This document shows positions 1-8,751 of a DNA stretch of 35,930 bases, piece by piece. A program made the translations under genes and the position numbers. This DNA is from a virus (taxonomy: Duplodnaviria; Heunggongvirae; Uroviricota; Caudoviricetes). How positions within the stretch are numbered: the stretch's first letter is position 1; every line of letters begins with the position of its first letter. The notes beneath the pieces were generated by a model. That model had not been told where the DNA came from. It saw only the letters and a program-made list of their open reading frames with translations, and did not search any database. The stretch lies in the IMG/VR virus record IMGVR_UViG_2711768046_000005; one strand, written 5' to 3'.

Positions 1-1362
1 ATGTTTAAACCGGAACTCCTTTCCCCGGCGGGAACGCTGAAAAATATGCGTTACGCTTTCGCTTATGGCGCAGATGCTGTTTATGCGGGCCAGCCGCGTT
101 ACTCCCTGCGTGTGCGCAACAACGAATTCAACCACGAAAATCTTCAGCTCGGCATCAATGAAGCCCACGCGCTGGGGAAAAAGTTTTATGTCGTGGTCAA
201 CATTGCACCGCACAACGCCAAGCTGAAAACCTTTATCCGTGACCTGAAACCGGTGGTGGAAATGGGGCCGGATGCGCTGATTATGTCCGATCCAGGGCTG
301 ATTATGCTGGTGCGTGAGCACTTCCCTGAAATGCCGATCCATCTCTCGGTACAGGCTAACGCCGTGAACTGGGCGACGGTGAAATTCTGGCAGCAAATGG
401 GCCTGACCCGCGTGATCCTCTCTCGCGAGCTGTCGCTGGAAGAGATTGAAGAGATCCGCAATCAGGTGCCGGATATGGAGATCGAGATCTTCGTTCACGG
501 TGCGCTGTGCATGGCCTACTCCGGTCGCTGCCTGCTCTCTGGCTATATCAACAAGCGCGACCCGAACCAGGGTACCTGCACCAACGCCTGCCGCTGGGAG
601 TACAACGTCCAGGAAGGGAAAGAAGATGACGTTGGCAACATCGTACACAAGTACGAGCCAATTCCGGTGCAAAATGTTCAGCCGACGCTGGGTATCGGCG
701 CGCCAACCGACAAAGTGTTTATGATCGAAGAAGCCCAGCGTCCGGGCGAGTATATGACCGCGTTTGAAGATGAGCACGGCACTTACATCATGAACTCGAA
801 AGATCTGCGCGCCATCGCCCATGTTGAACGCCTGACCAAAATGGGCGTGCATTCGCTGAAAATCGAAGGCCGTACCAAATCTTTCTACTATTGCGCACGC
901 ACCGCGCAGGTTTACCGTAAAGCTATCGATGACGCCGCTGCGGGCAAACCGTTCGATACCAGCCTGCTGGAAACGCTGGAAGGTCTGGCGCATCGTGGCT
1001 ATACCGAAGGTTTCCTGCGTCGTCATACCCACGACGATTATCAGAACTACGAATACGGTTATTCGGTTTCTGACCGCCAGCAGTTTGTTGGTGAGTTTAC
1101 CGGTGAGCGCAAGGGGGAGCTCGCGGCGGTAGCGGTGAAAAATAAATTCTCCGTTGGCGACAGCCTTGAGCTAATGACGCCGCAAGGCAACATTAACTTT
1201 ACCCTTGAGCATATGGAAAACGCCAAAGGTGAAGCTATGCCGGTCGCACCAGGCGATGGTTATACTGTGTGGATCCCGGTGCCGCAGGATCTTGAGCTAA
1301 ATTACGCGCTGCTGATGCGTAATTTCTCCGGGGAAACCACGCGTAACCCCCACGGTAAGTGA
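1..1362 (+). CDS. yegQ: Peptidase U32-family protein YegQ/TrhP, complete
   Basis: 453-aa ORF starting at window base 1 and ending in TGA at 1360..1362. The translation is recognisable as enterobacterial YegQ (recalled, not searched). GC-rich host-like composition. Confidence 0.85.
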   Translation: MFKPELLSPAGTLKNMRYAFAYGADAVYAGQPRYSLRVRNNEFNHENLQLGINEAHALGKKFYVVVNIAPHNAKLKTFIRDLKPVVEMGPDALIMSDPGLIMLVREHFPEMPIHLSVQANAVNWATVKFWQQMGLTRVILSRELSLEEIEEIRNQVPDMEIEIFVHGALCMAYSGRCLLSGYINKRDPNQGTCTNACRWEYNVQEGKEDDVGNIVHKYEPIPVQNVQPTLGIGAPTDKVFMIEEAQRPGEYMTAFEDEHGTYIMNSKDLRAIAHVERLTKMGVHSLKIEGRTKSFYYCARTAQVYRKAIDDAAAGKPFDTSLLETLEGLAHRGYTEGFLRRHTHDDYQNYEYGYSVSDRQQFVGEFTGERKGELAAVAVKNKFSVGDSLELMTPQGNINFTLEHMENAKGEAMPVAPGDGYTVWIPVPQDLELNYALLMRNFSGETTRNPHGK

Positions 1363-1396
1363 TTAATTTCGATTATTTTTCCCGGATGGAAAATTC

Positions 1397-1412
1397 TTAG
1401 AAACCGATCACA
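1397..1412 (+). promoter_or_regulatory. Putative CRP site (ttagaaaccgaTCACA) with a TATCAT -10 at about 1434..1439, upstream of cyaR
   Basis: Partial match to TGTGA-N6-TCACA centred about 42 bp upstream of the inferred CyaR 5' end. CyaR is known to be CRP-activated. Half-site match is imperfect. Confidence 0.35.
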
Positions 1413-1446
1413 TACAGCTGCATTTATTAAGGTTATCATCCGTTTC

Positions 1447-1533
1447 GCTGAAAAACATAACCCATAAAATGCTAGCTGTACCAGGAACCACCTCCTTAGC
1501 CTGTGTAATCTCCCTTACACGGGCTTATTTTTT
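1447..1533 (+). ncRNA. cyaR: CyaR (RyeE) small RNA
   Basis: Sequence gctgaaaaacataacccataaaatgctagctgtaccaggaaccacctccttagcctgtgtaatctcccttacacgggcttatttttt matches my recollection of E. coli CyaR. It ends in a GC stem plus U-tract and sits immediately downstream of yegQ as in E. coli. Confidence 0.8.
1507..1533. repeat. attL core (27 bp, aatctcccttacacgggcttatttttt)
   Basis: Exact direct repeat of 35416..35442. It matches the reverse complement of the P2 att core as I recall it and overlaps the CyaR terminator. Confidence 0.8.
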
Positions 1534-1597
1534 ACGCGTAATTCAATGAAATAAAAGGATTTATTTCTGGTCACGTCCACACATTGACCACATCGAC

Positions 1598-1621
1598 AAA
1601 AAAGCCCCTCGACTGAGGGGC
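1598..1621 (-). terminator. Intrinsic terminator downstream of ogr (bidirectional hairpin)
   Basis: Stem gcccctc / loop gact / gaggggc, followed on the minus strand by a 6-nt U run. Lies 14 bp past the ogr stop. Confidence 0.6.
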
Positions 1622-1634
1622 TTTCTGTTTGTAA

Positions 1635-1853
1635 TTACATCCACATAATTTGCTGCCCTGACGGTAACGGGTGCGGCCTTACGGCGTGGACTTCTCCCGG
1701 CTTCACGATGTATCTCTGTACCGACTCATAGGTGATGAACGTGGCGCTGCAATTCACGTTCTGGCACTGGTGATAACGCTCTTTTGTCGTGTCAGTGATA
1801 TAGCGGCTTGTACGCGCATGTGCGGCATGCTGGCATAAAGGACAATGAAACAT
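1635..1853 (-). CDS. ogr: Late transcription activator Ogr (zinc-finger)
   Basis: 72-aa product from the internal ATG, MFHCPLCQHAAHARTSRYITDTTKERYHQCQNVNC..., with Cys-x2-Cys ... Cys-x4-Cys. Matches P2 Ogr length and sequence as recalled. Confidence 0.9.
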   Translation of the reverse strand: MFHCPLCQHAAHARTSRYITDTTKERYHQCQNVNCSATFITYESVQRYIVKPGEVHAVRPHPLPSGQQIMWM

Positions 1854-1934
1854 CGCGAGCACCTCTTCCGGTTTTGTTGATGGTGCCATTTTAGTTAATT
1901 TATCCTTATAAAACAAACAGATAAAATAAAAACA

Positions 1935-3098
1935 TCACTCATCATCTTCTGTTTCGTACTCCACATCAGAAAGCCTGACCTCAAGCTCTAAGGACGTCGT
2001 GAAGCCGCTATTATTCAGAAAATGTGTCACCTTAGTGATTGTCCAGTCCTGCTCGTCTATGACGCGCTTAAAGCCTGACACTTTGACCGGTATTTCCGTG
2101 TAAATATCTGCCCGACCGGTAGCCAGGCTGATGGAGAACTCCGCCACGCCCCGTTGCAGCTTATCCCACTTCGCCTGAGCGGCGCGCATGGCCTGCGCTT
2201 TCGTGGCATATACCGTGGTCAGGGCAAAAACGTTGTCAGCCTCACCGGCCATGTATTCACCTTCGCGCGCTTCCGGTACTTTTGGCGCTTTCTTCTGCGT
2301 GACTGGTTTCGCTTTCGGGTGCTCCAGTGCGCGCAGGTGTTTCTCTTTCTTTTTGCGTTTCAGTTTTACCTTCTGCTTTTGCGGCTTCGGGTCTTTGGTG
2401 TGAAGCCACTTTGCCGTTACGCCGGTATAGGCTCCACGGTCAGCAATCGCAAAATGATGACGGTCACCGTCGCTGCGGGTGATGGTGATCTGCGGGATTT
2501 TTTTACCGCTGGCCGTCACCCCATGCCCCGCTTTGAGAAACAGCAGTTTTCCCATTTTTACCGACACCTCACCGCCGTTGCGTTCAGCAAGACGGGTCAG
2601 GAATTTCACATCGAACTCCTGCGACTGGTCGATGTGCGGGATTTTAATTCCGGCCAGTGACGGAGCGACACTGGCTTCCAGCCTGTTACGGGAGGCGATC
2701 GCCTCAACAATCGCACCGAGCGTGGTGTCATGCCAGGAGCCTTCACGGCGGGAATTGAGCGTCCCGCGAAAATCTGCACTCCGGGCGCGGATGGTAACCA
2801 CATCCGGCGCGCCCCGGTGTTCAACCTCATCAACGGTAAATTTCCCTTTGCATACCAGGGCAAAACCTTTCCAGCCGATATACACCGTCAGGACAGCGCC
2901 ACGAACCGGCAGCCCGACCTGCCCGTCGGCATCGTTCAGTTCAATATCAAGCTGGTCAGCCTCAAAGCCCCGGTTATCCGTCAGGGTCATACTCATCAGA
3001 CGGTCGCTGATATTGCCGGTAATATCCCTGCTGTCGAGCATCAGCATGTAATCCGGCGTCAGCGTACTGCCTGCATCAAATGTCAGTGCATCCAGCAT
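1935..3098 (-). CDS. D: Tail protein D
   Basis: 387 aa, the same length as P2 gpD, at the collinear position next to ogr. Lys-rich central linker. Confidence 0.85.
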   Translation of the reverse strand: MLDALTFDAGSTLTPDYMLMLDSRDITGNISDRLMSMTLTDNRGFEADQLDIELNDADGQVGLPVRGAVLTVYIGWKGFALVCKGKFTVDEVEHRGAPDVVTIRARSADFRGTLNSRREGSWHDTTLGAIVEAIASRNRLEASVAPSLAGIKIPHIDQSQEFDVKFLTRLAERNGGEVSVKMGKLLFLKAGHGVTASGKKIPQITITRSDGDRHHFAIADRGAYTGVTAKWLHTKDPKPQKQKVKLKRKKKEKHLRALEHPKAKPVTQKKAPKVPEAREGEYMAGEADNVFALTTVYATKAQAMRAAQAKWDKLQRGVAEFSISLATGRADIYTEIPVKVSGFKRVIDEQDWTITKVTHFLNNSGFTTSLELEVRLSDVEYETEDDE

Positions 3099-3577
3099 TA
3101 TCCCGCCCCCGTCATATCCGTGAATTTAGTCGCCATACTGCCAGCCTTACCGATGAGCGATTCCGCCTGTTTACCGATATCGCCATAAAGCGCGGCCAGT
3201 GATTCATCAACGCGGGTGAGCGACAGCGTAAAATCAATTTTCCGGGGTGTGCCGTCTGCAAAGAAAATACTCCCTGTTTCACTCACCCTGCTGATGACAT
3301 ACATGCCGTAAATCATGCCAGTGCCATCCAGCAACGGCCACGCCCGGCCTTCCTCTGCCATCAGCCTGAGCGTGGTCATCGTCAGCTTTCCGCCGGTCAG
3401 TTCGGGATAAAGCACACCGGCAAGCGTCATGTTTTCCTCACCCACACCGAGAAACTGATAGGCATCCCGTTTACCAATACGGGAATTTGACGGCCAGCGA
3501 TAATCCGATTCACGTTGCATGGTCTGGTGCGGCAGCGTCTGGCGCATAAAAACAAACATCCCTAACGCGAGCATCAT
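3098..3577 (-). CDS. U: Tail protein U
   Basis: 159 aa, P2 gpU length and position. Start/stop overlaps D. Confidence 0.85.
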   Translation of the reverse strand: MMLALGMFVFMRQTLPHQTMQRESDYRWPSNSRIGKRDAYQFLGVGEENMTLAGVLYPELTGGKLTMTTLRLMAEEGRAWPLLDGTGMIYGMYVISRVSETGSIFFADGTPRKIDFTLSLTRVDESLAALYGDIGKQAESLIGKAGSMATKFTDMTGAG

Positions 3578-3591
3578 TTTTCGTCACCTCC

Positions 3592-6039
3592 TTAACCGTC
3601 ATGCATCATGCTGGCACGGGCGCGCGCACGTTTATCCCGCTCGTATTTTTCGAGCGCATCCTGTAACTGGCGGTCGAGCTGTGTTCCCGGTGCATTACCA
3701 CCCGGCAGGCTGATGTGATATTCGTTTTTACTCTGGTCTACATACGAGCGGCCAGCCGGTGCCGTGACCGGCTGGTAAGCCTGATAGCCTGCATAAGAGC
3801 TGGTCGCCGGAATATAACCACCTGTGCCATACGTGGCGGCATGAGTTCTGGCGGCAGTCTGGTCAAGTGCGTCAGACTCTTTGTTGATGACGCCGAGTTT
3901 TTCCAGTACCCAGTCAATACCGCTGCGCAGTTTGTTGAACGCATTAAGCGGCAGCATCAGCGCGTCAGCCAGTGCCTGCCCGAACATGACGCCCGTGTCA
4001 CGGCAACGGTTCAGGGTGTCCTGGGTGGCTTTGACCGGGGCAATCAGGTTTTTAAACCACTGCCACGCGGCCTGTAACTTTTCGCCCAGCCAGTCAAACA
4101 CCGGTTTCAGTGGCGAGAACAGCTCCCCCACCGGCGCAAATGCTGCTTTCAGCCCTTCAACCACACCACCAAAGAATGCGCTGACAGGCTCCCAGTATTT
4201 ACGGATAAGCAACGCCCCGGCGACAATGGCAGCCACCACAGCCACAACCGGCCAGCTAATAGCCCCGATGGCGGTCATAACAGCACTGCCAACCGTCGTG
4301 AAGATTGCCCCCATTGCGCCTGCTGCCGCGATGATGGCATTGATGCCGGTGATAACCGGCCAGGCTACAAGACCAATTGCACCGATGATGCCAATCAGCG
4401 CCAGCGCGCCACCGGCAATGAGGCCAATGGTTGACGCCAGTGATTTGTTTTTCTTGATCCAGCCGTCGAGTTTTAACACATACTTTGTGGCCGTCTGCGT
4501 GAGATTACGCAGTGCGCCTTCCTGCTGGTCAAACAGGTCAGTCCCCACCGCCTCATAAGCAGACTGAAACTCCTTAAAGTCACCGCCGAGGTTATCCTGC
4601 ATGATATTTACCAGCTCGGCGGTCTTCCCGTCTGAGGCTTTAAACGCAGCGGTCAGTTTGTCCAGCTTTCCGGTTGAGGCGGCAGTCATCAGCACGGCGG
4701 CGGCTGAGCTGGCTTCCTCCCCGAAAATGGTTTTCATGTATTCAGCCTGCTGGGCAGTACCGAGCCGGTTTTTCTCAAAACTGGCCTGCATTTCTTTCAG
4801 AATGGTAAATACTGGTCGGGTGTTTCCCTTACTGTCTGAGGTTTTCACGCCAAGCTCTTTGAGTGCATCCCATGCTTTTCCCGTCGGTGCCTGCAGGCGA
4901 CTTAACACGGCACGGCTTCCCGTCCCCGCCATTGAGCCTGTGATTTTTGCATCATGCAGCGCTCCGACCATTGCGGCGGTTTCTTCAATGCTGACACCGG
5001 CATTTTTTGCCACAGGTGCAGCATAGGTCAGCGCATCGCTCATACCGTCAAAATCGGCGGCGGTTTTGTTCATCGTCATGGAGAGAACATCCCCGATATG
5101 AGCGACCTTATCGTTTGAAAGCTGAAAGGCGGATTTCATCCCCATCAGCAGGGCAGCGTTTTCTTCCATCGTGCGACGGTTCGCCAGCGCCATATTCAGC
5201 GTGACCGGCGTTGCCGCCTGAATGGCATCAACATCCCCACCGGCTTTCGCAATAATAATCTGCGCACCGGCTGCATCATCTGCCGAGGCGGCGGTATTGT
5301 CGCCGAGCTGGCGCGCCTGTTTGCGTAGTGCAGCCATTTCGGCGGAGTCTTTTGCCACTCCGAGCACGGCCTGCAATTCTGAGTTTTTCTGCGCAAACTC
5401 ATAACCGGGCATCAGCAGCTTAACTCCGGCCATCGTTCCCGCCGCCGCAATCCCCACACCGGCAGCGCCCACCGAGGCCATATTTCCGGCCAGTTCCTTG
5501 CCTGCCTGATAACGCTGTTTGACTGCGTTAAGTTTTGCCTGTTGCGCACTGACACGCGCCAGCGCGTCGCGCTGACGGTTAAGCTGTGCGGTGGTTTCAC
5601 TGATACGGTTTTTCAGTCCCTGCTCATCATGTGCAAGATTGCGGGTATTAATTCCCACAGCGGCCAGTTCCCGTTGCTGGCGTTTAACGGAATCCGTCAG
5701 GTGGTTACATTTCGCCTGTAAGTCCTCCGCCGCACGCTTTGCGGATTCCAGCACTTTCGCCTGAGCACGGGTCGGACGTTCGGTGTTTTTAAACTGTGTG
5801 GCAAGGGCTTCGGCTTCCTGCCGTGCCTTTTCAAGTGCATGACCAGTCACGGCAAGCTGTGCGCTGGTCTTGCGAAATCCCTCAATACGGGATGCGTGAC
5901 CGTTCAGCTCGCGCAGTGATTTTTGTGTTTCCCGGATATCCCCCGACAGCGACTTACTCGCTGTGCGGATGGATTTAAACGGGCGGGATGCCTGGTCAAC
6001 AGCCCTGAGCAATACCTGTAATTTTACATTGTTACTCAT
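3592..6039 (-). CDS. T: Tail tape measure protein T
   Basis: 815 aa, P2 gpT length. Coiled-coil N-terminal half and Gly/Ala-rich hydrophobic segments typical of tape measure proteins. Confidence 0.9.
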   Translation of the reverse strand: MSNNVKLQVLLRAVDQASRPFKSIRTASKSLSGDIRETQKSLRELNGHASRIEGFRKTSAQLAVTGHALEKARQEAEALATQFKNTERPTRAQAKVLESAKRAAEDLQAKCNHLTDSVKRQQRELAAVGINTRNLAHDEQGLKNRISETTAQLNRQRDALARVSAQQAKLNAVKQRYQAGKELAGNMASVGAAGVGIAAAGTMAGVKLLMPGYEFAQKNSELQAVLGVAKDSAEMAALRKQARQLGDNTAASADDAAGAQIIIAKAGGDVDAIQAATPVTLNMALANRRTMEENAALLMGMKSAFQLSNDKVAHIGDVLSMTMNKTAADFDGMSDALTYAAPVAKNAGVSIEETAAMVGALHDAKITGSMAGTGSRAVLSRLQAPTGKAWDALKELGVKTSDSKGNTRPVFTILKEMQASFEKNRLGTAQQAEYMKTIFGEEASSAAAVLMTAASTGKLDKLTAAFKASDGKTAELVNIMQDNLGGDFKEFQSAYEAVGTDLFDQQEGALRNLTQTATKYVLKLDGWIKKNKSLASTIGLIAGGALALIGIIGAIGLVAWPVITGINAIIAAAGAMGAIFTTVGSAVMTAIGAISWPVVAVVAAIVAGALLIRKYWEPVSAFFGGVVEGLKAAFAPVGELFSPLKPVFDWLGEKLQAAWQWFKNLIAPVKATQDTLNRCRDTGVMFGQALADALMLPLNAFNKLRSGIDWVLEKLGVINKESDALDQTAARTHAATYGTGGYIPATSSYAGYQAYQPVTAPAGRSYVDQSKNEYHISLPGGNAPGTQLDRQLQDALEKYERDKRARARASMMHDG

Positions 6040-6459
6040 TCGTGTTTCCGCTTCGCCGGAGCGCCTTTTCGCGCCATGTGATGAGTTCGGTCAGGCTCAT
6101 GGGATACAGTTCTGATGGCGGCCAGTGAAATATCACTGCCACATCCGCCATCAGGTCATCGACCGAGAGATTTTTCGGAAACGTCACTGCACCGAGTTCG
6201 GCGACAAAAAACCGACCACCTTACCGGCCAGCGCCACAAGGTCAGGCAGTTCCAGCGCAGCGACTTCCTGCTCGGTCAGCATCGGTGCCGTCATGCGCGG
6301 CAGCACCTTAATCAGTGCATCGACTTCGGAGTTCGCGACCGCTGCCAGACTGACACCGCGCAGCGTCCCGGCATTGGGTTTCATCAGCGTGACCTGTTCG
6401 ATAACCTGCTCACCACGTTTGACCGGATTGTCCAGGGTAATGACATTTTCTTTGTTCAT
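6032..6459 (-). CDS. Tail assembly chaperone E+E', made by a programmed -1 frameshift at 6205..6211
   Basis: Hand translation: after GGT TTT TTG (G-F-L) a -1 shift continues VAELGAVTFPKNLSVDDLMADVAVIFHWPPSELYPMSLTELITWREKALRRSGNTNE to TAA at 6032..6034. Total is 142 aa, the P2 E+E' length. Confidence 0.7.
6184..6459 (-). CDS. E: Tail assembly chaperone E
   Basis: 91 aa, P2 gpE length and position upstream of T. Confidence 0.85.
   Translation of the reverse strand: MNKENVITLDNPVKRGEQVIEQVTLMKPNAGTLRGVSLAAVANSEVDALIKVLPRMTAPMLTEQEVAALELPDLVALAGKVVGFLSPNSVQ
6205..6211 (-). other. Slippery heptamer T_TTT_TTG for the E/E' -1 ribosomal frameshift
   Basis: X_XXY_YYZ heptamer in the E reading frame, 7 codons before the E stop. 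The -1 frame is open through to the T start region. Confidence 0.7.
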
Positions 6460-6515
6460 GGTTTTCTCACTTCTGAATCGGGGTTAACCGGTCAGCCAGG
6501 CTGACCGGATGAAAA

Positions 6516-7034
6516 TCACAGGCCGATATTGCGGCGGTGTTGCTCCAGCCGGTCGACGCCGTTCACCTTCTCAATCATGTTGATGGTGTCGATTTCGACC
6601 AGCTCCTTACCGTCCATCGTCAGCCGGAAATAGGTGCAGACCACGGAGATTTTCGACTCGGTGTCTTCTCCCTGTTTGCCCTCGCCGGTGTCGATTTCTT
6701 TCTGACGTCCACGCATGACCACCTCGACGGCCACCGTTTCGCCGGTATCGTCGCGCTGGTAAGAGCCTGCAAAACGAATCGGTACGGCATCCACACCGGT
6801 TGCGGCGTAAAGCTCCCAGATAACCGAATCCGGGAAGCCACCGAGCGACCACTCCATTGACAGCGCATCGTCATCAAGGCCGAGGTCTACCGGTGCGCTG
6901 CCGTTCATCCCCGCACCGCGATAGTTTTCGAGCTTACGGGTCAGTTTTGGTAGCGTGACGGACTTCGCGACGCCCTGATAGCTGTAGCCGTTCAGAAAGA
7001 CGTTCATTAACTTGAGTTTGCGCGGCATTGCCAT
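6516..7034 (-). CDS. FII: Tail tube protein FII
   Basis: 172 aa, P2 gpFII length and position. Confidence 0.9.
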   Translation of the reverse strand: MAMPRKLKLMNVFLNGYSYQGVAKSVTLPKLTRKLENYRGAGMNGSAPVDLGLDDDALSMEWSLGGFPDSVIWELYAATGVDAVPIRFAGSYQRDDTGETVAVEVVMRGRQKEIDTGEGKQGEDTESKISVVCTYFRLTMDGKELVEIDTINMIEKVNGVDRLEQHRRNIGL

Positions 7035-7046
7035 CGGTCAGGCTCC

Positions 7047-8237
7047 TTAATTGCTGTTAACCGAGGTGACCAGATTTGCCAGGTATTTATCGGTAATACG
7101 CTGGCGCAGGGTCAGGTTTTCAAGAGGAGGCACCGGTGTATAGTCGTAGTCGATATACAGTTTTCCGGCCTTGAGGGTTTCCGCATCGTTGGATTCTTCG
7201 CTGAACCAGCAGGTCGCATCCACGATATAGCCGTTTGTTTTCAGCTCACGGAATTTGGCATTGATGCCGTCAACGATGTCGCGAATCAGCGTTGCGGTGA
7301 TGGGCTTGTCCACCGCCCACATGTGCGCCTCAGCCATCGTGTCGGCCATCACCTGCGCGGTGCGGGTGTAGTTTTCAAAGAGGAACAGCGGGTCATCAGA
7401 GCAGGTACGGTTACCCCAGAAGCGGAAACCGTCGCGGCGAATCAGCGTTGTGACGCCTGCCTCGTTCAGCAGGTCAGCATCGGTGCCGGACTCCTGCAAA
7501 TCCCAGAATACAGATGCGCTGATGCCGGTAACACCGTTTACCCCGACGTTGGACAGCGTTTTATGCCAGCCCTGCTCCTGGTCGATTTTAGCACGCAGCC
7601 CCAGCGCACGGGCGGTGGCATACGCGGTGGCGGTAGTGCTGCTGACCGTATCCCATGCGAGGAAATCCGGCCAGATGACCATCAGCTCACGCTGGCTGAA
7701 ATTCTGGCGGTAGGCTTTCACCTCGGAAATGGTTTTACAGCCCCATGCGCTGATATACCCGAAAGCGCGCAGCTTCTGACAGACTGATGCCAGTGCAACA
7801 GCCACCTCTTTGGTGTCCAGTCCCGGCACGCCGAGAATACGCGGTTTAACACCGGTTACCGACTCTGCCGCCAGCAGGGCTTTCAGTCCGGTATACTGAC
7901 CGTTTTCGTCAGTGGTGCCGATGATATTGGAAACGGTCTGCGCGAGTTTCGTTTCTTCGTCGTCGCCGGTGCCGTCTTCAACACGCACGACAACGGTGAC
8001 CGGTTTTGACTGGTCAGCGATGGCCTGCAACGATGCCGCCAGCGTGCCTTTTTTACCGGCCTTTGCAATTGCGCTCTGCACATTGGTAATCAGCACCGGT
8101 TTATTGAGGGGGAAGGTTTCCGCATCCGCATCGCTGGCCGTGCAGACCATGCCGACAATGGCAGTGGATACAGTGGAAATGACGCGGGTGCCGTCGTTAA
8201 TCTCCAGCACCTGCACGCCGTGATGATAGTCACTCAT
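7047..8237 (-). CDS. FI: Contractile tail sheath protein FI
   Basis: 396 aa, P2 gpFI length and position. GGAG Shine-Dalgarno upstream. Confidence 0.9.
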   Translation of the reverse strand: MSDYHHGVQVLEINDGTRVISTVSTAIVGMVCTASDADAETFPLNKPVLITNVQSAIAKAGKKGTLAASLQAIADQSKPVTVVVRVEDGTGDDEETKLAQTVSNIIGTTDENGQYTGLKALLAAESVTGVKPRILGVPGLDTKEVAVALASVCQKLRAFGYISAWGCKTISEVKAYRQNFSQRELMVIWPDFLAWDTVSSTTATAYATARALGLRAKIDQEQGWHKTLSNVGVNGVTGISASVFWDLQESGTDADLLNEAGVTTLIRRDGFRFWGNRTCSDDPLFLFENYTRTAQVMADTMAEAHMWAVDKPITATLIRDIVDGINAKFRELKTNGYIVDATCWFSEESNDAETLKAGKLYIDYDYTPVPPLENLTLRQRITDKYLANLVTSVNSN

Positions 8238-8334
8238 CCGTTTAACTCCGTGGTTAATGGGTGCAACTATTTTCTGTTGGGCAGTGCATGAGACGCTATT
8301 TGACCTGACTGGTCAGTGGATGAAACAACAGATT

Positions 8335-8361
8335 AAAGAAAAGGCGGGCAATTCGCCCGCC
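8335..8361 (-). terminator. GC-rich hairpin with a minus-strand U-tract (putative intrinsic terminator) in the FI upstream region
   Basis: ggcgggc / aattc / gcccgcc perfect 7-bp stem, followed on the minus strand by TTTTCTTT. Confidence 0.4.
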
Positions 8362-8414
8362 TGTCCTGATTTGAACTCACTCATTTTCCGACTGACAATT
8401 TACATAGCCCAAAA

Positions 8415-8439
8415 GTTATCAAATCTGACAGTCTGCTTT
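8415..8439. repeat. Left boundary repeat of cargo locus 1 (gttatcaa-atctgacagtc-tgcttt)
   Basis: Shares gttatcaa...gtctgcttt in direct orientation with 10223..10240. Its 11-mer atctgacagtc is present inverted at 10253..10263. Confidence 0.5.
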
Positions 8440-8751
8440 GAGTGAGAAGCAGACATTTACTTAACCGGATAGCAAGAGACTTCATACTACAGCTCATACA
8501 TCATGGTTGATCCCGGAGTTTTCAGCAATGGAAATTGCCCACATGATCGTACCGTAACCACATTAGAAGCAGGTTCACTTTGTGAATTTTGATTGTGTCA
8601 CCCTATCAGTTTTGAATTTTTATAAAAAATATTCGCAAATTTGTGAATTATGAGAGACATACGAGCATGGACAACCAATGTTACTTTCATACACAATGAA
8701 GCAACATGATAAAAATACACTGACTTTAGTAAGTAAATTTAGGAGATTGCG

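Noticed and set aside
3881-5026. Plus-strand ORFs (3881..4558, 4601..5026 and others) inside the T gene region
   Set aside because: They are antisense to the well-supported 815-aa tape measure ORF. Their translations are Ala/Pro/Ser-rich low-complexity products typical of GC-rich antisense frames, and no ribosome-binding sites are evident.
8502-8591. 29-codon plus-strand mini-ORF upstream of cargo gene 1
   Set aside because: Too short and without a convincing ribosome-binding site. Not distinguishable from chance in AT-rich DNA.
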